Of a stretch of DNA of 64,000 bases, positions 1 to 11,200 are shown one piece after another. The DNA is taken from assembly GCA_001938485.1 (NCBI GenBank), contig MQRK01250648.1:38002-102001 (forward strand), given 5' to 3'. The DNA is from Girardia tigrina. Lineage: Eukaryota. Position numbers and translations under genes: made by a program. The stretch's first letter is position 1. Every line of letters starts with the position of its first letter. The notes below the pieces were generated by a model. The model was not told the DNA's origin. It searched no databases and saw nothing but the letters and a program-made list of their open reading frames with translations.

Positions 1-2330
1 TATGTTATGTGCTGTCTTTATATTATTTTTAAATTTCTGACGGTGAATGTTTTCTCTTGATTGTTTATTTTTACTGTGACATTACTGTTGTTGGTTTTTA
101 TGATTTGGTATGGTCCTTCATATTTGTCGTCAAAGTTTCTAGTATTTTGTATTTGGACGAAAGCTCTGTTGTTTATGTATCTGTCTGTAGGCGTAATTTC
201 GTTTCTCTGTAATTTTTTTTAAACATATCAAATTTATACTTTGTTTCCGTTAGTTTTTCGAATGGTGTTTTGAGTTCTGTGTTGTAGGATTTCATTTTTA
301 ACACCATGCAAGTTTCTAGGAGCTTTTCTAGCCAGTTACTATTATTGCATTTAGTTCTCAGTGTTTGTTTTTATGTATCTGTAGACGATTTCCACTTTAC
401 CGTTTGCTTGTGGATTGCTGTGGAGTTCTTGGAATTGTTTCGATTGAAATTGTTTCCCTTGATCGCTGATCACTCTTTTGGGTGGTCCATAACGTGCTAT
501 CCAGTTGCTCTCGAATTTGTTGCATATGGTATTTGCGGTGATGTCCTTGAGTTTAATTATCTAAAATCAATTGGTTCCTCTGTCTATGGCTGTTAGCAGG
601 AATCTATAATTTTTGTTTGGTGGTAATGGACCAAGTGTAGATGTTCGAGTTTACCTAATTCCACATAACAGGATGTGATTTTTGTTGAATTGTTCTTGAT
701 ACAATTTGAGCAGTTTTGGATGTAACATTTGATCTGCCTTCTTAGGTTTTTCCAGTATACTTGTTGTTTGAATAGGTGGTATGTTGCTTTTTAATCATAA
801 TGGGTTAATTCATGGATGTTTTTAATGTACGTTGTTCTTAATTCAGCGGATATTAATAGTCTATTGAGTCCCGAAATTGATTGATCGTACCAGATGTTGT
901 TGATTCCTTTTAGTTTGAGTGACTGTTCTTTATACTCTTTTAATGTTTAATCTTGTTTATTTTCCAAGTCTTTGATATTCATGAAGTTGAAGAAGTTGAT
1001 GGCATTGACTGTGTTTCTCGACAGAAAATCTGCGACGATATTATTCTTCCCTGGGATGTAGTTAATGTTACAACTGAACTGTGAAATGTAGCACGTTTGC
1101 TTGAGTTGCCGTGGGCTTGGATTCATTAAGTTTAATGCATGTACGAGTTATGTACGGCTATGGTCTGTGTTTATTGTGAAAGATCTGTGTTCTAGATATT
1201 CTTGGAAGTGTTTGATGGCTCTATATACTCCTAAGAGTTCCCTATTGAATGTAGAATATCTTATTTCTGTGTTATTGATTTTGGCGAGAAGAATGCCACA
1301 TGTATTTCCTTGCCGTTTAGTGTTTGTGATAAGGTTGCGCCGATTGCTATGTTCGATGCATCTATGGTTAGAATTAGTGTTTTGAGTTATGTTGGATCAT
1401 GTGTAGATTGGTTAACATATTTAACTTTTCTTTTATATGATTGAATGTTTTGAAGGTTTCGCCGGTCCATTGGATCTTTTGTAGTTTGCTTTTGTTTTAG
1501 ACCATGTCTGTAAGTGGTGCTAAGATGCTCGAGCAGTGTGGAATGAATCTGTGGTGGAAATTGACCATTCTGCAGAATCTTATTTCTTGAACGTTGTGTG
1601 GTTGTTGGATTAGTTGAATCGTGTCCATCTTCTCTGATTGGATGGATTAGTCCTTTTTCTATTGTATATCCGAGGAAATGGATTTGGTTTTTGTTAAATT
1701 CACATTTGCCTAAATTTAGTGATAGTCCGTTTGTTTTGAGGATCTGCAAGACTATTGCTATATGTTGTTGGTGATCTTTTCTGTTTTTGCTACCGATTAC
1801 TATGTCATCCAGGTACACCACTGTGTAATCTAGCTTGTGAAATAAGTTGTCGATGAACCTTTGGAATGTGGATGCAGCGTTTTTCAGTCCAAAGAGCATT
1901 TTTAAATACTCAGAGTCCGAAAGGGATTATTATTGTGGTTTTTGAGATATCTTCCTCCGGCATTGAAATCTGATGGTAAGCTTTCGTCAGGTCAAACTTT
2001 GTAAAGTATGATGCTTCGCTTAATCTGGTTGTAACATCTTTGATTAAAGGTGCTTGGTACTTTAGTTGTAATGACGTTAAAGCGTCGGTAATCACCGCAA
2101 CACCTCCATGAATTATCTTTTTTCTTTTTCATCAGTAAAGTGGAAGACCAATTGGATGATGATGGTCTAATAACTCCTGTGTCTGTTAATTCTTGGAATA
2201 TTGCTTTAGCCTCTTTTAGTTAATAATCGGGTAATAATCTGACTTTCGTGTGTACTGGAATTCCATTTGTTATTATTTGATGCGTAGTCGAGCTAATAGT
2301 TACGTGCTCTTTGAAAATATGAGTATATGA
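1..2330 (-). mobile_element. Decayed Ty3/gypsy pol (RT, RNase H, integrase), frameshifted
   Basis: Minus strand gives FTKFDLTKAYHQI, FGLKNAASTFQRFID and VVYLDDIVI (RT), TIDASN and YIPGKNNIVADFLSR (RNase H), YWKNL..CSNC (integrase zinc finger), LGPLP and FDDKYEGPYQI (GPY/F tail). Gypsy domain order; many stops and frameshifts. Confidence 0.93.
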
Positions 2331-2339
2331 ATTTCTGGT

Positions 2340-4100
2340 TTTGTGTAGTATTATCGTTTTACACAAACAATTCAATTTTACAATCACAAACCAAATCAAA
2401 ATACAAACAAAAAAATGTCAAACTATATTAACAACTTAAACATCAACTTCAAAAATCCTCACAGACCACAATTTTACAAACATTCATCTGCTAATAAATA
2501 TGAAAGCAAAATACCATTCAACGAGACAATAGTCAATAACACAACAAACAATTTAAATTTTCATCTAATGAATTCTTTTTTCAAGAAGATAGAAAACATC
2601 GAAAACAAAATACTAAAAATAGATATATTTGAATAAAAAAACAACAAAATGAATTAGAAAACCTACTTTGCAAGTACAACAAAAAGATGTTGAAAAACAG
2701 AAACAAAACCAACCAAACATATACTGTTACCATGAAAAATATGGAATTTATGCATAGAAATGCCAAAAGCCTTGTGTTTTCAAACAAAACAGAAAAAACA
2801 TAAACAAACCGAGGATATGAACATATTACAATTGTAAAATTAAAAATGTTCATGAGATAAATTACATTCAAGAAATAACATCACTGATACAAAAAGAAAA
2901 TATCTTACCTAAAAAACTTTACACTATCGAAATCAAAACAGAACTATTCGAAATAAAACAATCAACACAAACTCAAGAAAACCATTCCCATGACGAAATT
3001 TGTCAGAAGAAGCTTTACAAACTAGTAGAAAATGAAACACAAAAAGCAGATAATCAAAGACAAAGAACAGAATAAAAACACAGAACAAATAAGTTCAACA
3101 AGAAAATTCAAACTGAATGTACACCAACCAAAAATTGAAGGATCAGCAAACACAATCAAACGGTACAACAATGATGCACCGTGAAACTTTAAACAATCCA
3201 ATAATATCACACAATCAAGCAATCTAAACAGAAAACACACCGCTAAACAAAACGGAAAGTAGACCAACACAAACAATAAACGAAGAATATATAGATAAAG
3301 AACACATATTCGAAATACACGAATCTCAGATAGAAAATATCATTGAAAATCAAATCACCAATCAGAACTTTCAAGGTGAAACAAAACGTAATAAACAAAA
3401 CAGTTGTAAAATAAAGCAAGATTCGAATTTTGATTGTTTCGTCGATCTTTTTGCTTTAGTTTAAAACAAGATCAACGATACATTTGAAGGACCCTATAAA
3501 GTAATCGACTATCACAAAAAACATATTGTGCTAAACATTGAAGAATCGGAAACAATAATCAATAAAAGAAGAATTAAATTTTACTCTCCAAATTGATTGG
3601 ATGAATTAGATTTTACTTGCCAAGACTCAGACATAAATAAGACAATAAAGTCTAAGTTTTAAAGTCTTTACACAAAATTATAAAGTTCCACTTACAATAG
3701 GGGGGACTAGTGTAATGACACAATATCACTTCTATATACTTATATAAAAATTAAATATATTTATTAGTATATAAATATATAATATATATAATATATAAAT
3801 AATATAATATAAATAATATAATATAATATATATAAATATATATAATATATAAATATTGAAATTGATGAAAAAAATCGATTAATTTAAATCTATTACGTCG
3901 TTTGGAAATTATACCGCGAGTTAGATAATTTCGTTGTCCGAAGATTAATTGCTGAGATTCGAAGATTTCTTTGATATACAACCCCGAGAAGAAATTCTAT
4001 TCTAAAGCTTACTTTCAATTCAAGAATTAATTAGAAAGCAGAATTTCGATCTTTCCAAACCAAATGAAAATAGATTCAGTCGTCATTTATACATTCTACA
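2340..4100 (+). mobile_element. 3' part of a second gypsy-like element: integrase tail, polypurine tract, 3' LTR
   Basis: About 3465-3590 reads NKINDTFEGPYKVIDYHKKHIVLNIEE (GPY/F motif). PPT-like AATAGGGGGGACTAG at 3696-3710 directly precedes TGTAATGAC (3711). A candidate LTR end GTCATTTATACA / CTACA lies at 4093-4100. Confidence 0.6.
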
Positions 4101-4343
4101 AGTGATCTAAACAAGGTAAAATATTTATTCATAAACCTCAATTGACTTCATTTTACCGTCTGCAAATTTTGGAGTTTACAGACCAAGATTTTTTGAAGTA
4201 CTGAATTTGTTATCCATATTTGTTGAAATATTTTTGTTTGTTAAAATTTTTTTTAATTCCATACTCGCTTATATTTTCGAATTTATAAAAAGTTGTGAAA
4301 TCGAGTTAAAGAACTAAGACATGTTCTTTGATTATATATGTTG

Positions 4344-4344
<1 letters not shown>

Positions 4345-4380
<36 letters not shown>
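4345..4380. repeat. (TA)n microsatellite; others at about 6093-6116, 9033-9074, 19664-19728, 37178-37198, 37385-37425, 45132-45165, 61059-61077
   Basis: Read directly from the sequence. Confidence 0.97.
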
Positions 4381-4385
<5 letters not shown>

Positions 4386-6155
4386 CAGGTCAACAGCGGC
4401 AATTCACGGAAAAGATAAAATGTCTGCAACGGCTGCTAGAAAGCTGAATCTTCGAAATGTTTTTCGTATTACCAAACGCCGACCAAAAATACTATGGAAC
4501 GCTAATATTTTGGAATTGCTTTATTCAATCCGGAGAGAAAATTTTGTGATGGTTCTGAGATAGTAGGAGCTATAAGAGATTTAACTTCTGAAGAATTTTA
4601 TTGGGAGCTCCTAACTGATGTTTCGAAGCACCTGAATCAGAAGTAGTGAGAAAAACTAGTACAAAACCAGTTCCCGTTGGCACGTACACTTATCTATAAT
4701 GACCGACCAGGAATGGAAAAATAAAAATAATAGTACAAAAAATACAATTAAAACAATTTTTGATTGAAGCAATTGATAGAAACAATGTTTGATTTTTTTA
4801 AATAAAACACGATTAAAATATTTGTTTATAATTTACTTATTTGCACTGATATTATAATAGGTATTTGATTCAGTGCCGAACAAGAGAAACAATATATAAA
4901 ACATAATTTATGTACATTCATTAAAGAGACTACCCAGTGATAACAGTAAATTCCACTCAATATATTAAACAACTATTAAAAGAAATTTTAAAAAATGATA
5001 ATTGAAATAACTAAATAATTTGAAAGTCGATGAATTGTCTTTTCAAATGTCTGTCTTTGTTCGATATTTTGGGTGTGTGTATTTGGAGAGAGAAATGTGG
5101 GTTTGTGATTTGTTTGTATGTGTGTGAATTCATGTATATGTGATTGAATGAATGGGATAGAAATATATATAAAATGAAAAATAATTAGTTGTTTTTATGT
5201 TGAAATGTTGTTGTAAGTGACAAATTGTAACTAATAAAACTTGTTAAAATTTGAATTTTAGTCAGTTTAAAAAATGTGTGTAAATCGATCGAATTTGTGA
5301 ATTCAAGTGAAAAAAATTATAAAAAAGAGTTCCTCGAGAAATATTTTTTAAAAAAATATACATAAATTAAATCGTTCAATTGGTAAAAAAAGTTTTCCAA
5401 ATTGTCATTGTCAAATTGAATTATAATAATAAAAAATTTTGAATTAACAAAATCAGTTCTCGTTTTTCCTTAATTTAATGATTGGAAAAATTTGAAATAA
5501 AGTACAATGGATAAATCAATATAAAAATATGTCCATTTTTTGCTGGTCAAAACATTCGAAAAGGGCGTATCCCCAATCTAATATGTCGGGACCGTGTCCG
5601 CACTAAATCAATTTATGACTAGAGCCACGTTTCAATAATATCAAAACTTGCCAAAACTACCAATGGATATCATTAAATTGACCCAAGGGTACACAGAAAT
5701 GATGAGATGAGCCATAAGCCACGGAATCCAGAAAGACGTGCTGATCCAAACCGGTAAGAATTTGAGCAATATCAAAGGTTTGAGTTTATTTGTTTTGAAT
5801 GATGAATGTGAATGTTGGGTTTATAAATCATATGTACTGCAATATCTGAGAATGTGTCTGAGATAAAAGAACAACTTTGTAAAACAGAAAAAAGCGGTAA
5901 TCAATTATGATCACTAAAAATCAAGAAAGCTTTTAAAAAGGTTAAAGCTATAAAGGTTAACTAGCTATAGATGGGAATGGCGTTTTTCTTATGTTCCCTT
6001 GAGTTAAAATTGGTTTACAAGTATGCTTCTTATAAGGATTGTCATTATTAAGTATTCTTATGTTACTTTTTGAAATTTTTTTATATTTCGTTTATATATA
6101 TATATATATATATATACAATGTATGGTAAAATCTATATAATAGGGATAAAAACAA

Positions 6156-6196
6156 GACGACGCGTTTCGAGATAATAAAAATCCCATCATCAGGTC
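6156..6196 (-). ncRNA. Minimal type I hammerhead ribozyme (PLE/retrozyme type)
   Basis: Minus strand: GAC-CUGAUGA-U-GGGAU-UUUUAUU-AUCUC-GAAA-CGCG-UC-GUC. Complete catalytic core, stem II GGGAU/AUCUC, palindromic CGCG stem III region, stem I GAC/GUC. Confidence 0.85.
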
Positions 6197-6843
6197 ACAA
6201 AATGTACCAAGGAGGTACACTATATGGAAACATACAGAAAATAAATACAATTTATCCAATAAATTATTGGATGAAAATAACTTTATTTCTCTTTTCCTTA
6301 AAATTAAGAGAGATGCACTAAATGCAATCAATCTCATTCTCGCAAACCAACCATTGGCAGCTATCAANNNNNNNNNNNNNNNNNNNNNNNNNNNNNNNNN
6401 NNNNNNNNNNNNNNNNNNNNNNNNNNNNNNNNNNNNNNNNNNNNNNNNNNNNNNNNNNNNNNNNNNNNNNNNNNNNNNNNNNNNNNNNNNNNNNNNNNNN
6501 NNNNNNNNNNNNNNNNNNNNNNNNNNNNNNNNNNNNNNNNNNNNNNNNNNNNNNNNNNNNNNNNNNNNNNNNNNNNNNNNNNNNNNNNNNNNNNNNNNNN
6601 NNNNNNNNNNNNNNNNNNNNNNNNNNNNNNNNNNNNNNNNNNNNNNNNNNNNNNNNNNNNNNNNNNNNNNNNNNNNNNNNNNNNNNNNNNNNNNNNNNNN
6701 NNNNNNNNNNNNNNNNNNNNNNNNNNNNNNNNNNNNNNNNNNNNNNNNNNNNNNNNNNNNNNNNNNNNNNNNNNNNNNNNNNNNNNNNNNNNNNNNNNNN
6801 NNNNNNNNNNNNNNNNNNNNNNNNNNNNNNNNNNNNNNNNNNN

Positions 6844-6884
6844 GACCTGATGATGGGATTTTTATTATCTCGAAACGCGTCGTC
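6844..6884 (+). ncRNA. Minimal type I hammerhead ribozyme, identical inverted copy
   Basis: gacctgatgatgggatttttattatctcgaaacgcgtcgtc; predicted cleavage after the GUC ending at 6881. It is the reverse complement of 6156-6196. Confidence 0.85.
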
Positions 6885-7037
6885 TTGTTTTTATCCCTAA
6901 TATATATATATATATATATTTTCTTATCATATATATATATATATGATAGATGGAAATTTTGTTTTTAAATATTATATAATATGATATATAAAACTCTGTG
7001 TAATACATTTTTATTACTATATATGATTACTTGAGAT

Positions 7038-7501
7038 TAGGGCTGGTAATTATTGCCTCTGTGGGATATTTCTTTACAAAGCAGTGCTGTAGTCTTAATG
7101 ATAAGACATTGGACAAACTTTGTTTCTTGCGTTATCATTTTAAATCTTTGTTAATTATGTTACCATACCAGCAAGTGCGAAATATGTTTATTGTGTTATG
7201 CTTCCTGTAAATGTTTGTAAATTAAATTTTTGGTTGAATAAATGTTAATTTAATTTAATTTAATCTTATTTTATCTAATTTATGGTGTTGTGTTTATAAT
7301 TAATGTTTTATAAATTAATTTTATTATTATATATGTGTTATTCGTCTTAACAGTAAAAGGGCAGTTTGATTAGTGGATGTCTGATAGTCTAAACTGCTAT
7401 ACGAAATGAAAACTAGGTCAATATATATCAATCCCGGGATTACAAAAAAATAAAATCCCGTAATCCCGGGATTGTAAAATTGACAGGGATTGCCAGCCCT
7501 A
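7038..7501. mobile_element. Non-autonomous hAT element (MITE)
   Basis: TIRs TAGGGCTGGTAAT / ATTGCCAGCCCTA (12/13 match). Perfect 8-bp TSD CTTGAGAT at 7030-7037 and 7502-7509. Subterminal AATCCCGGGATT repeats at the right end. Confidence 0.9.
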
Positions 7502-7893
7502 CTTGAGATCTTCTAGTGATATATTACTTTATCATTAATACAAATTTAATTTCTAATTCATAAGCTTTCTTTATATGTGTTTGAATTTATTCGTCAATTT
7601 TCTTTAATGAAATCGCTTTTTAACTTGAACATTTTTAAATTTCTGATTTTTTTAATCACAACAAAAATCATAAATCACTATTATACATATATTGTGTGTA
7701 TTGTTAGTTAAGCCGTAAATTTATTTCGCTGATTTAATCAAAATCATAACGTCCAGCTTCTATGGATAAAAATATAATAAATATAGTAATATAATAATAA
7801 AAAATATATAATAAAAAAATATATAAAAAATATATAAAATATATAAAAAATAAAATATAATAATAAAAACAAATAGTTTTAAATTACAATATA

Positions 7894-8345
7894 TAGTGTC
7901 GTCCATATTAATGGCATAATTGTTATGTAAATCAAATTTCTCTGTTTTTGAAATATGTGTCTTTGTATATTTGGATATAACTCAATATATGATTAAATTA
8001 ATACAAGAAATTATTTATGCATAAATTATACATGTCTGAATGTGATTTGTTTTATTTTATGCAATTGTTTTAATAATATCTGCTTTGGGGATCGTTCAAA
8101 TTAATGGCATAATCACTTTTATTGAACACTAGATTAAAATGAACACACCAATTTGTATCCGCCAACTTATGATTGAGAAATTCAAAGACGGTCTTATCCA
8201 ATTGTCAGTTGCTGATCAATTACATGTGAATCAATGTACTGTATCCCGCATAATTTCACGGTACAAACAGAAAGGTGGAATTGGTGTCACTAGAAAAGGA
8301 ATATGTGGAAGAAAACGAATGCTTTCTCACAGAATTGATCGTAAA
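7894..8345 (+). mobile_element. 5' fragment of a Tc1-like element (IR/DR end plus paired-like HTH)
   Basis: TA-flanked end TAGTGTCGTCCATATTAATGGCATAA with an inner direct repeat at 8092-8113. ORF 8139 reads SVADQLHVNQCTVSRIISRYKQKG...CGRKRML, typical of a Tc1 N-terminus. Confidence 0.8.
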
Positions 8346-8479
8346 TATATATATTAAATATTTATATTTTTAGAGCTGAAAATCATCGACCTCATTAATC
8401 AATAATGTTGGTGGATAATCTTTCTGAAATCTCATTCTCAAGTGATGATACCGAAATTTATTATAATTAATTTATTAAT

Positions 8480-8790
8480 TCTTTACCAAATAGCTTGTGT
8501 TGGCAAGTTGTATCATTCATCCCGAATCAATTTGATTTCAATGGTGATCCAGGGATGCGAAATATCCCTGATGAAATAAATGATCCAGTGCAATTGTTCG
8601 AATATATATTAAATGATATAATGAAAATTATCGTTGAAGAAACGTACATATTTCAGCAGCAATGTCCGAGGAAGGATATATCCCAAAAGGCAAAATAGAT
8701 CGACACGACAGTATCTGATATGAATGTCTTTAGGCATTAGTAATGTTAACAGGATTAGTGCGAAAAAAATCGATGGATTTTTTTTATGGA
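8480..8790 (+). mobile_element. piggyBac transposase N-terminal fragment (pseudogene)
   Basis: PNQFDFNGDPG...DPVQLFEYILNDIMKIIVEETY...*IDTTVSDM...LVMLTGLVRK matches the piggyBac pattern IV.ETN.YA...W.DTT..E...FLG..ILMG. Confidence 0.8.
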
Positions 8791-9031
8791 TGAAATTTTC
8801 ATTAAAAGTGATAGAACAATATTTGAATTATATCAAGAGTTATTTTATTTAGATTCGTGAATTTGTCAATAAAATCTAAATTTGAATTAATTGAAAGTTT
8901 AGATATTTTCAAAAAAAGTTGAAAAGATAAAAAATATGGCAACGAAGTCGAAGTTTAATGACTTCGAACGAGAATCGTTATCAGGTGAGCTTACCATGAA
9001 AACTGGAAGGAAATGAAACAAAGGGCGATCT

Positions 9032-9078
<47 letters not shown>

Positions 9079-9919
9079 ACACAGTTTTGAGTTTTTCTTC
9101 CAAATTAACCCCAAATCATAGTTTAAATGTTCTTAGAGGACGCTTGAGGGATATCATATATACAAACAAAACAAAGACAAATTATGTACACAAACACAGA
9201 TTAAGAAATTATTAAATGAAGAAAACATTAAAGAACAAAAGCAAATAATCAAAATACAATATTCTGAAGTATTTAAAGCATTAAGTATTAAGAGTATTTT
9301 CAAGAATATAAGTAGTTCCGATTACATTCAAAGTTCAAAGTTTCCTCTCAAATAAATCGAAAACAATTTGTGGATTGCAAGATAATCTGGTTTATTTAAT
9401 CCAAAACGACGTAATTGATTGCCATAACGACGTAATAGATCTATTTTTATAACTAATTTTTATGTAACGCTATTTCATAAATATTATTTAAGTAATATTA
9501 ATATAAAGTATGTTTTTAATTTTTTATATATTTATGTTTACCGTTGTATTTCAGATACCAATCAAAACAAAGATATGGTCTAATATGCAAAGTCTAGTAA
9601 ACAGGTAATAAATTTATTTTTCATAAAATTAAACAAGGAGGATCAAAGTTTAACAAACAAAATTATTTTTTTAAATAATTGACAAAAATTTTGAGTTGTA
9701 TATTTTTGATAAAAACTTTCATACAACATATGTTTATCCGATTTGAATTGATTTTAAAGATTTTACACTTTTCATTAAAATGGAAGTGTAAGAATATTTT
9801 GAAATTGTGTTTGTTTTCATTAGAATTGGAATAAATACTTTGTTTTTAGTACTTTTGTTTGATCTGATTGAAAACAATTAGATGATTGAAGTTAAAAGTA
9901 TCAAACATTCGACATATAT

Positions 9920-11200
9920 GGAAATAATTTTAAGGCAGAATTGAAGAACTATAACAATCTCCCATTATTGGATGTTCTTGTAAAAAGATTGAGTGAAAGA
10001 TATGAAACAGAATGGTTCAAAATCAACAGATACAAGACTTTACACAACATCAAAAAGTTATAGTGAGGAGAGATACAAAGATGGTATGATCAAAGAGTTA
10101 GTTCACAGAATGTGGTCTTTTTCCTATAATTATAAATATGCATACAATAGTCTGGATATTATCAGGAAATGGTTCAATAATAATATTTACCAGAATAAGA
10201 AAATAGAGACTAACACTCAAAAGTTCAATGAAGAAGATTGGGGGAGCGTTCTAAAATTAAAAAACCTAATTTTCTGAAAGACTTGGGAATTTTAAAAATC
10301 CAATATATAAAAAGATCAGCAATGTTAGAATAGTGTCAGTAACATTCAAAGAGAGAATTCTCCTTACAGTGAAGTCGAGAACTGCCAGTACATTGTATAT
10401 AAATTTGAGTGTAACGTGTGTCACAAACCGTACACTGGAGAGACAAATAGTCATCTCAAAACATGGACTAGTGAACACTCACAGCCGAGTCAATCGATTA
10501 TTGTTGTGTTTGTTGTAAGGATAGAACCACTTCATATGCGTCCTTCAAGTCCACAACAAGATTAACCAAATCCAGCGTCAAACCAAAATTAAAATTCAAA
10601 AATTCAATGTCAAGTTGTAAAAGTAATTCTAACTGAATAATATTTCTACTGAGACTATTAATTAAACGTTTTGGTTAACCTAGTTTCTTTCATAAACGTT
10701 AAAATAAAGGACTTATCATCAAGGAGGACTAATATATCAGTTATTTTATACTGATGAAAGATCAGCTATAGAGTAAATACACCCACAATCAAAACCAGGT
10801 GGATTTAGATAATTTGCTAATAAATCTGCTAATAAATCAGCGACTACCAAGTCGTGAGCCAGGATGTTGAGAGACCCCGATACTCTCAGAATCTTTGCGA
10901 TTAATGAAACCGATAATTCAACCAATCATCGAACGTTAAATTCCCGTACGTAAAATTCCCATTTCAAAAGATGAGTTTTCTATTCTTCAAACTAACTTAG
11001 ATTCATATTATGAGAGGTTATATTGTGAATATATGTTAATCAGATACTATAATCCATCAAAAATAGGAACAGTAGGACTGAGAAAATATTAAATATTTTT
11101 AATTAACTCTGTTTCCGTGATTGATTTAATTTTTGTTAACCACTAAAATTAAACACTATCACTAGCTTATAATGATCAATGTTGATCGAAACATGTTCTA
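9920..11200 (+). mobile_element. Penelope-like retroelement 3' part (RT C-terminus, GIY-YIG endonuclease, pseudo-LTR)
   Basis: NNLPLLDVLVKR; STDTRLYT..YKDGMIKELVHRM (thumb/HTH); IVYKFECNVCHKPYTGETNSHLKT at about 10393-10463; ISKDEFSILQ...ERLYCEYMLIRYYNP at about 10961-11056; then a degenerate hammerhead. Confidence 0.88.
11163..11200 (+). ncRNA. Degenerate hammerhead ribozyme motif
   Basis: UAG-CUUAUAA-U-GAUCAA-UG-UUGAUC-GAAA-CAUG-UU-CUA. Stems are intact, but the CUGAUGA core has two substitutions. It lies just 3' of the PLE GIY-YIG. Confidence 0.6.

Noticed and set aside
306-1385. Plus-strand ORFs 306-596 and 1101-1385
   Set aside because: Antisense shadows of the gypsy pol.
6267-6968. 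Long ORFs containing X runs (also at about 14.2, 24.4, 29.2, 37.2, 41, 51.3 and 61 kb)
   Set aside because: Artefacts of translating through N gaps.
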